Shown: one piece after another, positions 11,901 to 24,200 of the stretch | Numbering within the stretch: the stretch's first letter is position 1 | How the letters are laid out: the number at the start of each line of letters is the position of its first letter | Source of the DNA: Psammoneis japonica | Taxonomy: Eukaryota | DNA: 64,000 bases | Direction of reading: 5' to 3' | Assembly: GCA_008632985.1 (NCBI GenBank) | Contig: QPGO01000006.1 | Location: forward strand, 124,001 to 188,000 | Notes under the pieces: model-generated | The model's database searches: none | Seen by the model: only the letters and a program-made list of their open reading frames with translations | Told to the model about the DNA's origin: nothing | Position numbers and translations under genes: made by a program

Positions 11901-14150
11901 GATTTTTGACAATGCAGCAACAACCCAGGCTTGCATCATGTGATTGTCCTTGTCAGGTGCAGAAACAAGGGGGTTGAGCAAGTTGTTTGTGCTCATGATC
12001 TCCAGTTTGAAAGTGAGCACATGCACAAGAAGCACAAAATCCAAAAATCCATCACATCAATGGAAAAAGGTGCTGTGTCATGTTCGCTGATCAAGGGCAC
12101 AAATGTGTTTGGCACAAATGACCTCAAAACAGAAAACAGCCAATGAGCTGGCTGGGAGTCAATGGCGTCTCAACCAAAAAATGACTGAGGCAATGCAAAA
12201 CTTTGAATGTTTTGCGTTGGTGAACACAGCCATTTTTGTGAAACCCCAAACCATGGGAAAGTCGCTGCACTCCATTTTGCACACAAAGACCACTTGCCTT
12301 GCAAATTTGGTCATTTTGAAAGTGGTCAGCCCCAAACCCCGACTTCGTCTTGCCAATCTGTCTTGGGTCCATTTGGGGTCTTCAGGGCAGGGAGGGACAC
12401 AGACGGACACCTCCACAGAGAACATTTCTGCCACAGAATTGCTGAGGGGAGCACCACAAGTGGGAGACTCAGCCACCAACAGCAGCTGCTCTTGAGTGTC
12501 TCTGCTGCTGCCCTCCTCTGAGGCATTCTGTCTGCCACAAACCAGCTGGCAGAAGCCAGGTGCAGGACCAAACCTCAGAGGATGCACAGAGTGACAATGA
12601 GAAGAGCCTCCAGGGGTTGGGGCACAATTGACAAGGGTGCTCCATGCCTCCCCAGGGAGTTGATCCATGTCACTTCCAAGACTGGGCAGGGCTTGCATCA
12701 GCACAAAATCAGCAACTTCAGACCAATCAAGAAAGCAGCCTTTTGGGTGGCTGTGCACAACGGTTTTGTCATGGCACAGGGTGTGGGAGGGAGGGAGCTG
12801 AAACAAAAATCAAGGTGAGGAGGAGAATGACAAAGTGCTGGCATGGTGAGTTGCTGTTTTTTTTTGTCGGTGACACTGTGTGGCTGCTGGGATTCAGAGT
12901 GCACAAATGAGCCACTGTTGCTTGATGACATTGATGGATGAATGTTGATGGATGAATGTTGTTGGTGATTGAAGATGCACACAAGAGGGGCATTGCATCT
13001 CACAGTGGTGCAAACATGACATCTGCACTGGATCAGCAAATTGTTGGTCAGGTGCAACTTCAACAGCAAACATTTTTTGATGAGATTGAAGCAAGTCAAA
13101 GCATTCATTGCATTGATGTTTGGAACTTGTGGGGTGATTCACATCACAGAAATCACATGTGTGTGTGCACAGGATCAGCAAATTGCTGATCTCACACTGT
13201 TGGCCTCAGTGGAAATTTTGGTTGATCATCCACCCGTGTGCTCCACATTGCTGGGTGGGACTTGTTGCACCACACTTGCGCATGACTGGAGATGTCGAAA
13301 GAGCAAAAGCTCAAGGTTGCAAACTGGCAGTTGTTGTTGCTGCAAAAGCTGCTGACTGAAAATTGTGACTGCAGTGTCAGTCAAAGATTTTGATGGTGGA
13401 ATTTGAAAATGGAGCATGCGAGATCGCAAATGGATGACCATGCAGAATGACAGACGTCAACTCTCCCTCTCAACCAACTGACCATGCACAGAGCCGCCAG
13501 CCACAAAGCTGTCCACTGCAAACTGCGAATCCGCAGCTCTTCACAAAACCTGTGGGATTTACACTGGAACTCATGTAGAATTTGATGTGGGTGCAACTCC
13601 ATTTTGACAAGGACAAGTGGAGCTGCACGGTCCATTTGAGCACATGTTTGACAAGGATGCCTGAGGAGGAATCCTCTTCATTCATTTCCTTCATTCCACT
13701 CAGGCGCTGGGATGATGAAGCACACATTTTTGCACCCACGGACAAAAAGTGCCCTGCCCGGCAAAAGGCACTGGAAAAACCATGCCCTGCTGGGCGTTTG
13801 GCTTCTTTGCAGAGTGCCTGGTGCCATCCACATGTGCAACCCCGCTTGCTCTTTTGGAGCTCTGACAGCAGCTCCCTCCAACACAAGTTTTCACATCAAG
13901 AAAACACCACAGCCAACCATGAGCCATGAGCCACTCTCCTGCCTGCTCCCACCCTTTCCAGCCACAAGACAACACCTGCTCGCAGCACAGCCAGAAGAGT
14001 TGCTTGCATCGTGTGGCAATGAAGAAAATGACATTTTTGGCCTGACAGCTTCTCAAAAAGTGTCTGCTTTTTCGAGCGGCATTTCAAGATTTTGCAAAGT
14101 TCACTCCCTCACTGAACTTCATGTTGGTCCTGCATTTGTTGCAACAGAGC
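8952..14150. other. TpA- and CpG-depleted degenerate domain (unidentified decayed element or genes)
   Basis: About ten TA in ~5.2 kb by eye; CpG also scarce; no recognisable intact ORF. Confidence 0.8.
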
Positions 14151-16895
14151 TTGTATTTAGATAGATCATGGCATGTTGCTGTTCTTTAGAGTGTTTGCTG
14201 CCAATGGTAGAGAGAGCTGCGACTACGACGGCACCTCACGACGCTTTTGGGCCACGTCCGCGCGGCCATCGCTGTGATTTTCGACATGACGCTCATAACC
14301 CATAAAATCAATTCTTTATCTTTCCGAAACGCAGACAGCATCGCAACTCAAGTCGACCATGGGATCGGTTGCGGCTTGCGGCGGCGGCAATATTTAACAC
14401 CAAGTGTAAGAAACACCTGGAGAGTATGTTAAAACCTCATTATGATGATAAGGTAAGGGCACTAAAGCAGGGCATCTTCATTTGATGCCTTTAATCGTCA
14501 TCTGAACTTTTCACTCAATTTCTTTGTTTCTTCTGCATCCGACACGACAGCAAATGTTTTGAAGGTCTAAAGTGGAATGTATTATGCAGGTACCCATGAC
14601 TTGGACGATATATACGATAAAGATGACATGGAAAGGCTTAAGCTCTTTCTCTGGCATCATTTTCCGTGTCAAAAACAAAAGCAAGCGCGGCTGTCCCTGC
14701 TTTTCAAGTTCGTTTGCGACAATCAAATCGACTCAATGTCTACGTTAATCCATCCAAAGGTTTCAATCAACAGCTGAAACGCCTCCCTCTATGCCTAAAG
14801 CAGACGATCCTGGGTAGTTATCAGGTGTTAAAAATCCATGCGAGTTCCTGAGGAGACGCAAGCAGTTGGACCTCGGATCCTGTGCATGTACCAGCTCCAA
14901 CCAAATCGATGCGGAGCACAGCTTAAATTGTTCATATTGTCTGCAAAGAGGCTATTTTATGCGGTCAATGCTTCTTAAGATTGGGATCAAACTGTAGAAA
15001 ATACTGCCAGTGACTGGCAATTGACGACAGCTGGCTGGAACCCTTTTGACGGACACCCATTTTCATCATTTTGAGTGCACGGAACGATGCGTAGTTTGTT
15101 AATAATATAGATTGAAGGCTCAACAATAGTCCATCAAGCATCTAATATATTGAAGGACATTGAATATGAGCAGTGGCAAGAGTCAACAAAAACAACAAGT
15201 GCCATTGAAGCCCGAAAGTGGATTTGATCCGGCGCTTGGTGAGCGCCAGCAGTTCTCTCTTAAAGGCTCCAAGCGCTAGAAATCATCACTTCAATGATAA
15301 GCATAGATTGTTAATGCGTAATATGATAAAGTAGCATGGACTAGTGCTCATGTCGTCTCCTACATTGCAAATTGTTTCCGGTGGTAGATTGGCACATTTG
15401 TGGGTCCACCCAGCTTGCTGGTCCTCATGTCCTTGAATTGCTCTTTTGTTTCCTTGTCTTGCCCATAGCAGCTTCCTTTGCTGTATGAAGGGGATCTCTA
15501 ATTCCTTGAACAATCCCTCCTCATGAATTTCTTGGCATTCTGAGTCGATCAGGCGGTTGCGACAGGACCAAGGCGACGGATGCACATTTGGATGAGCTCT
15601 TGTTTTCAGCTCAGCATCACCTCCCACAACTGTCAGGATATTTTCTCCTTCATCTGGATCATAAATATCGACGAATGAACATCATCCCATGCCACACCTT
15701 CAATGTTGAACCTTGAGAACGTCGCCTGAAGTTGTCGGAAGCAGCGACATCGGGTGAAACAAGTGGGCGGCAGCAAAAGTCTTTTTTTCGCTCTGCAAGT
15801 CCCAAGATTAGCAATGTTTTTACATGGAACGACAGACAAGTAAGTAAATGATGAGATGCAATCGAAACATTGCGAATGTTGACCCAAGAACGCAAGCAGT
15901 AACGTTCTTACCGATGAACGGCGACTCACCATTTTCGTTCCGTGACTTTTACGCATTTTTTGTACTGGAAATTGTGGGAGGCAGATCTGAATTTCGGCCC
16001 AAAAAAAAAAAAGAAGGAAGGAGCGGCTTTCAGTACTGCCGTAGAATCTACGTGCAAGATGACGTCACAGTACAAAATGCCATTTCTACGCAGCGGTGGC
16101 CGCTTGACCTGTAGGGCCCTACCGGTAAGATAATACGTCGGAAGCGCAAGTCGTCTGGGCGTCCCTACGTGCGCATTGAGCGCATTGCACACACTACACG
16201 AATGCATGGACAGCTTGCCGAGTTTCATTTTTGGTGTGCCAGTAGAAAGTCAATATGCTTCTACATGCGACAGTTTCTCATACATGCGTACGAACATCAC
16301 GAACTCTGCGAGCTCCAACACGAGAATAACACGAAGCACGAAGAGTTTGCGAGAGAGCGAATGGCGTTGCTAACACACTGTGAATGTAAAGTAAAAATGC
16401 CAAAACATTATTGTTACATAACATGTAGATGGTTGGTCTATTGACAGACAAAACACATCGCCTTCAAAGCTGGTCAGAAGCTTCAACAGACTGCACAGCT
16501 GTTTGCATGTTGTTGGGTCGTAACAGAGGCCTGCGTCCCCCACTTTGAATCATTCTCAAATGACAACCACAGCCAACTCCTCCACCAACATTGCTGTCAT
16601 CTCCCATGTCAAGTTGCTGTTCAATTCACACAATGCTCTCTGCAGCAGGAGAGCAAATGATGAGACTTCTAGCTCGTCCAACAAGAGGACAAAGCCGCCG
16701 ACTCAACAACTCTCCAGCATTTCTGTCTCAGTCATAGATTTGTCATGTGACTGGTTGACATCCACAACCACAAACATTTTTGGAAGTGTTGCTTGTTTGT
16801 GCCCACAAAGCAGAGCCCTCCAAACTGCTGCTGCATGGAGAAAAGGACGACAAAGCAGCCAGTCACAGTTCCTGGATGAGCGACCTTTTCAGAAC

Positions 16896-17454
16896 AAGTC
16901 CTCCTTGGGATCAGGCTGAATTCACTGTCATGCCACCAATTTGAGCTCTGCTGAGTCGTCCATGCCGGTTGTGTTTGCCACAGTGCTGCTTGAGCAACTT
17001 CCAATGGGGCCAACGCGTCATTTGCGGTTCTTGCATCCACAGAAACACATTCAGGGCAAGTCCTCCTTGGCCTCCAGCTAACTCCACCGTCATGCCACCA
17101 CATTGAGAACTGCTGAGTCTTCCATGCTGAATGCTAACGTCGCAACACCGCCAAGGACACTTCAAATGGGATCGGTGCATTGTCGCAATTCCAACACCGA
17201 CCATTGCACGTCATGTTGATGGGTCCAACGGCGTCTTTTTATGGCGAAACAAAACCCCTGCAACTCGGTCACGACCGGCCATTGCTGAGTCTTCCATGCT
17301 GCATGCTGGCGCATGACAGCACCAAAGACACTTCAAACAGGGTCAACATGTCGTCTCAATGTCAACACCGACCATTGTGCATCACGTTGATGGGTCCAAC
17401 AGCGTCTTTTCATGGCGAAACAAAACCCCTGTAACCCGGTCACGACCGGCCATT
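16896..17454. repeat. Imperfect local tandem duplications (~160-170 bp period)
   Basis: The block CAACACCGACCATTG...GGCGAAACAAAACCCCTG...GGTCACGACCGGCCATT occurs at ~17191 and ~17362; AAGTCCTCCTTGG...CTGAGTC occurs at ~16896 and ~17057. Confidence 0.75.
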
Positions 17455-18069
17455 TTCTTGAAGCGATTGTCAGTTACATTCTTAAACTCCATGGCAAGGG
17501 AGATGTGATGTGGAGAGGTGGCGTCAGAGTGCAAACAATGCCGTCGCATCATCACCATTGTGAGTGCAGCATGCACGGGTGGGTCGCCGCACAAATTTGA
17601 ATGAGCTGATGGGTCCAACTGCCATTGCAGCACAAATGCACGTAGAAACTGGCATGTGCAGATCTACACAACTTTGTGCTGGCATGCCAAAAATGAACTC
17701 GGCAAGCTGTCCATCTCCACTGGGCAGAGCAGAGAGCAGCAGCAACAGCATGTTGCACCATGACGGAAGCGCATTGCCATCACTGTGAAACAGAGCCAGC
17801 ACAAGCTGACGAGAGTTGTGTTTGAGCCTTGTGGCCATGCGTCATGTCTTTTTTGTGTGACAGATCGAGACACCGCCTGAGAGGCGAAAAAGCTCAGATG
17901 CTGCAGTCTGCAGTCATGAATTCATCACGGCATCAGATCACAACAATCTGAATGCATTGTTCCGACTGACTTGTTCCTTTCAATGGAAAACACAGCCAGT
18001 GGAATGGCACAACAATGCGAAAAGCAGAAGAAGCACATGGGTGAGTGGCGGTCGTTTTGGAAGCAACAC

Positions 18070-18255
18070 TCATGTGTCAGCTGTCAGCAATCGCAGCACA
18101 CTTGATGCACAGCTTCTGAGTTTTTCCAACTGCGCAGACATGATCCCCTCAATCCGATTCACATGCAACATGAGCATTTCTGGATTCAAAAGATTGCCAA
18201 GTTCTGTTGGGATGAATCCAGAAAAGCAGTTGGATGACAAGTTGAGAGCATGCAA
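18070..18255 (-). pseudogene. Leucine-rich-repeat fragment (plant-type LRR, receptor-like)
   Basis: LNLSSNCFSGFIPTELGNL...LHVNRIEGI fits the LxLxxNxLSGxIPxELGNL consensus; a second fragment (GCIPREIGNMT) lies on the + strand near 18440. Confidence 0.65.
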
Positions 18256-21200
18256 ACTTTTGTCATCTCATGCGGCCCAGCTCCCTGCGGGAATCGTCCC
18301 TCACACATTTGCACCAGCAGACGACAGCGCCAAATTAGTCTCATGTTCAAACAATTGCAAGGCTGCTCATGAATGTGGATGGGCAGGAGTGCGGTGTGCC
18401 GAGTTCAAGCAAGTTGATGTTTTGGACCTCTCCGTGGTGGGTTGCATTCCCCGAGAGATTGGAAACATGACAAACTCAGGTCCGCAGTGGGTTCTACAGT
18501 GTGCTTTGCAAGTTGTGAACGTCCAAGAGTGTTTTCGTTCGCACTCATGATCTTTCCATCTCTCGGTTCGACAGCATTTCATTCCTGCACAGAGCAACTT
18601 TACATGGATTGCAGCCGCCTGTTGGAGGGTGCGGCGCGTCTTCACATTTCTGAATTGACGCTGCTCCGTCAACGCATCACCGCGTTTCAAGAGGGCACGC
18701 CAAATTCAAACATTGCGTCCCTGTTGCTCAAATTACCCTCTGCCACTTGACTCCTTTCAGGCTCCTAAAGACGTCCTCCAGCTGTCTGTCTTCATTGTCT
18801 GAGAGAGAGTGCAATGTCCATTGCCTTCGACCCCTCACAAAAGACACAAAATTTGCAGCGACACAGGCGACAGGCGACACCTTTTAATGGATGATGGTGC
18901 AAGCAGCAAAGAAGCAAAAGATCCCTGGGGTCCAGACACGCTGCACTGTTGGGACTTGGAGAGCGTTGGCTTTTTCATCCAACAGAGTGCGAGCAGTCGC
19001 ATGATCGGAAGCCCAGCATCGCTTGGCTGCCGCACAATGTAGAACACGTGATCAACCACAAATGCTGCAGAACTCAAAAGATGATCAGTGCCAAACAAGC
19101 ATTGTGTGCACAGAGAGTGGGTGTCGTTTGCAGCATCATTTTGATGAGTTCTTTCCATTCCGACGCAGCTGAATTTCCCCAAAAGCAGAATTCAAATGTC
19201 ACACATGGGATTGCTTTTTTGTGTTGTCTCACCGACAGGTTCCCACATTGGTGAGGCCGCCACGCATGCGTGGACCACAGCATTCATTTTGGCCAGAACC
19301 TTTTTGAGCTCAACAAAACGTGCCATGCAGACATCATTTCCCTGCTTTGTTCAAATTCGTCCTTGTCGTCGTCAAAATCGTCTTCGAAATGCTTGTGACG
19401 AGTTGGAGGCAGCTCTTTCATCGACCGCGACTCATCCGTTTGTAGAATTTCTTTTTTGTTGGGCAAGAGGATGGTGCAATGGGGAACTGGCTTGTCATCA
19501 AAATGCACCTTGAGAATTTTCGCTCGCATTTCGACACATCCCGAACCCAGTTTGAGAATTGCAATTTGTCCTCGTTTGCACTTGGTGTCGAGCATCTGAA
19601 CAGTTGACTCCAGTCCCTTCCTGAAATGGCCTTCATTGTGACACTTGAACATCCACGGAGCAAAGCGCCAGAAAACCAGAGACGCAAGTCCAGTGCATTG
19701 TGTTGAGTCAAGTCCATGTGCCGATGCGATGAGCAGGTGGATCACAATGCCAGCGATCTTCTTGTCAGTGGCACAAACGACTTCTCCAATGTCAACACTC
19801 ACCAGCAAAATCAAAGGGTCTTCCTTGGATCCGATGCTGGAAGCATGCCCTTTGACTGTCTTGAGCGCATTCTTGCAAACGAATTTGACGAGCGCTGCCG
19901 CGATTGGAGTTGTTTCACCCACCATCTTGACTGTGGACTCCATCAATGTGCTCGACAGATCGAGGAAGAAGACAATGGACTTTTTTAATTGTGCCAATGA
20001 GCTTTTTGTAGAGATTGATGCTTGCTTCCAAAATGATGTGCACCGTCAACAGAGACACACTGCTGTTGAACGTTGGGCTACGAAAAATGTGCCACGCCCG
20101 CTTTGCATCGACACCGATTACATGACTGCAACAAAAGACAGCAAACATCCTAACCAAGAGATGCATGGTGCACCAGAAGCGCTTGACATCCTCTTCTCCA
20201 CAATCGCGGCCTTCAACAAACACCGGCTCCTGCATCACGGCGGCAACAACGCAAGAACACAGTTGGATGTGATTGTCAAGGCGCAAGACTTTGATGCACA
20301 AGCCAGTCGTTCACTCACCGTTGTCGTCCAGCTCTTTGGAAACACCCAAGGAAAGAGGCCGAAAACACAGCGACGGAAGAAGCAAACGTAGATCTCGATG
20401 CCCCCGACAAGAACTGGAAGCGAGAGAATGAAGTGCACAATGGTGAATGCAAGAAAGATGTTGGACATGGCAGAGTCGGACAGATCCATGATTTCAAGGC
20501 AATTGAGTCAATGCAGTGCGTCGATTGAATCAATTGTGTGCCCTTGCATGAGAAAGCGTGGGTCCGTGGGAACGATCGTGTCGTGGGATCTGCAGATGGT
20601 TTTGCGAGGTCGACGTTGTGTGATTGGCAGGTTTCACGTAGAAACATGTGCCATGGTTTGTGTGGGACGACCTGTTGCCCATCTTGCTCATTCAAAGTCT
20701 TCAGGATTGGATGAATGAATGCATTGCGTAGATTTCCCGCGATTTTGGCACCATTGCATGAGCCAGATCGTCAGCAACCGCGCGCAAATGCGCAGAGATC
20801 TTCACGGTGTCTTTTCTCGTGTTGGTGTTCCGCAAAGATCTTGATGTTTTGGGTTGTCCATCTGCCAGCATCATCATCATCATGTCTGCAATTCTCTCTC
20901 CTTGATCTTGCACCTGCCCATGAGAAAATCTGCCGTCACTCTTTCAGCAATGTTTGCACCAATGCCTCCAAAACGACGCAAGGCTGCAGTGAAAAAGGAA
21001 GAATCTTCTTCCAAATGGACAAAGCGAGATTCAAGAATTGCATGCCGTGTGCCATTCTTGTGATGGGTTGGTCCTGTCGTAGCCCCATCTGCTCTCTGCT
21101 GGCTAGAGAGTGGCAGCTGGAGCCACGCAGTTTCCCCCCCCCCAGCCAACCAACACTCTCTCACCTCTCACCGTCATTTTGCGTGTTTCTTTGTGTGTGG

Positions 21201-24200
21201 AGTCAAGCCTCACATGCAAGCAACTCCTTCAGATGCACTGGCTCCAGAAGGAACAGACATGGAGACACCAGCATCCAACCTGGGTTGGACCGACTGTGTG
21301 CTTGAAGTGATTGACGTTTGGCAAACAAGGGCTGGCGTCTTTGTTTGTGAAGCAGAGTGGGAAAGAAACACGTCAACTCGTCCATGCAATGCTGCTGTGC
21401 CTCTTCCCTCGCAGTTGTCATGCTTCACACTGCACAGATGGTCAACGGTGTTTCTGGAGCAATCCAGAGTGCTCTTTGCACATTTTAAACTCCAAGACAT
21501 GCCCTCTTCCCTTGGCTTGCAGCTGCGAGCCATGCCTCGATGACCAGCTGGCTGTGTGCGGAGAATCCATGAAAGGCAGCTGTGGAATCACTCATGTTCA
21601 ACATGTTCATTGACAAAGATGCTGTGCTTCCTCTTCTGTTGTTGCTCCAATGAGTCGACAGGACGGCATCACAACCAAGCAAATGCTTGTTTCGGAACGC
21701 TGCGCGACAAAGGAGAGCATCATCAGACCTTCATGATTGTTGATTGTTCAATGCTTTTGAGAATCAGCTTGCCGTTTGGAATGACCTGGTGCAGTGGCTT
21801 TGCACCTGTGTGCACAAACAAGACCTGAGTCATCAGTTGCGCTCAACAAGCTGTTGAAAAGACTCCTTTGTTGCATCACAATTTGGGTGAATCAGTTTCT
21901 GCGGTGTTTGAACATTCTTGCTTGACAAAAAACAAGGGACAGCAACGTGGACGCATCTTCCGCATGCAGATGTGTTGCTCAGCTGTGACAAAAGAACAAT
22001 GTCAAGTTTGCCTCCAGAGGCACTGGCAAGATTTTGTCGTCCGTGACGAGTCAATGACGTGTTCCAGGTCTGGGTGGGACCTCGCACTGCTGAAATGTGA
22101 CACAATTGTTTTTTGTCATCTGTTGCATGTTTTGCACGTGCATTTCTGCGTGTTCTGTTGTGAGAAATTGCTCCACACTGCCTGTTTTGCGAAGCCAAAG
22201 GCTTTCCATTGTCTGCATTTGTGACAACAAAATGCGCCAGGCATGTTCTTTAAGGATGGATCTACGTGCTGCGGTCTAATTTAAAACAGCTCGCATTTCC
22301 TGCACTTCACCGTGTCATTTTGACCTGCCTCGGAACACCCCCAAACACTCATGTGTTCGTCAAACCCTCATGGGGGCTGTCAGATGGCTACAAGAGCTGC
22401 ACACCCAGTGCTTCAAATGCCACTTGTCGACCTGTGCCCTGTTGTCAGGTCGAAAAAACCGCCAATTTTTGCCAAAATCGGGCTTCTCATGGGAGGTTGG
22501 CGGCAACTTTCCGGGAAATGCTGACAAGTGGCATTTGACTGGCTGCAGACATGTCTGCAGTTGTCAAGGTAAAAGTCGTGCATGGTCATGCCTGTCACTG
22601 CTGAGCAAGAAGGACAACAACAACAAGATCATTTTGGCGGAGCTGCAACAAGAAATGAGATCTGTGCAGTCGGCTGTGCAAGCAAGTCAAGACGAGAATG
22701 CATCCTTGTGAGCCAAGAATTTGCATCTCGAAACGTCCTTGTCAACTTTGCAAAAAGAAAACAAGGCACTCCACCAGCAGTGTGTGGGTCGTGGCAAGAG
22801 AGTCGAATTGACACAAGCAACAATTGCAAAAGGGGCTAGAGCGGGAGTTTCTGCAACAGGAGTGACATCAATGCCAACCATTTTGCAAACCAGCAAGTCA
22901 TGCGGGGCCACCCACCACCACTGCTGCCACCGTCAAGATTGCTCCGTCACTGCGGTTGCTTCGCGAGACTCCCAAAAAAGTTCTCCAACTGCTGGACGAC
23001 AGTGTTGCTGGGAACAAAAAGAGAAACATCACTGCAAAACATCCAGCTGCTGAGGAAAAGGAGAATCATGATGGGGAGTTTGATTCAATGTTGCTTGGAA
23101 CTTCCAACGACACAACAAAGGACCCAAATCCTTGGCGCACCTCTTGTGAACATTCTTCGAGTGAGTCGCCCAAGAGCCACACCGACAAGAACAAGGGAAC
23201 AGCAAAACGGCCAATCATGCTGGAGAATCGGAAGGCATTTGAGACACCCAGAGATGGCATTCCTTCAGACGCTTCATTTCCGACTTTTGCATTGGAACTT
23301 CCAATGGCATCCCAAAGAGAAAATGACCAATGATCATTGAACAAAGACCGCAAACAGACTCGGACGATTTGGACAATGCATCAGCTGTGTTGTCTGCGAA
23401 AGTCTCTAGAGTGCCCAGCACAAGCAGGCCAAGCAAAGCAAGTCGGTTCCAGCTAAATTGCCAGAAATGTTTTCAAACGCCAAACAACAACGCAACAAGA
23501 GCCCTGCACAACACAATGACAAGCAGCCTCAAAAAGAAACCACGTCAAGCTTTTTGTTGCCTTGGACTCTTCCATTTGCAAACAGCTTGCGGGATCAAAT
23601 GTTGGATGGAGCATCCAAACCTGCCTTGCCGGCGAGCAGTGCCGAATCCTTTCCTCCAAAAGTGGTCACCTGAAAGTGCAACAAGGAATCTTCCCTTGAT
23701 CATCAAGGCAAGGACAAGCTGCTCGTTGTTCCAAAACAACCCACAGAGTCCCCCGTTGTTGTAAAAGCAGAAACACCAACACTGTCACCCCAAGACGATG
23801 AGACGGACTGTCGCCATCTAGAGGTGGTTCATTCCCATGACTGCCGGGTGCACGTGCCTGAATGCCAAGCCCTTGTCAATGCGCGACGCTCCCAGTGGTG
23901 GTGATGTCTTTGATCGCAGCTCCTTGACAGAGTGCTTGGGGCATTGTGCCTGGCATGCACCGCCTTCCACCCCGAGGGATTTTGGGAACTGTCCTTGTGG
24001 ATGAAATCGAAGGAACGGAATCGAAAGGAAAGGAACTGGAGGGACTGATCACGACCAATCTGCTGTGTGTCATCATGACATCTGTTGCCAGCACATTCAA
24101 ACACGCAAACACGTTTTGATTTAATGTGGACTGCGTTGGACCTCCTCACATTCTCCATCAAAGGAGAGCATTCAGCAAAATGATCATTGGTTCCATGCAA

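Noticed and set aside
14500..15960. Intact gene in the TA-normal island
   Set aside because: Only short interrupted ORFs with no motif I can name with confidence.
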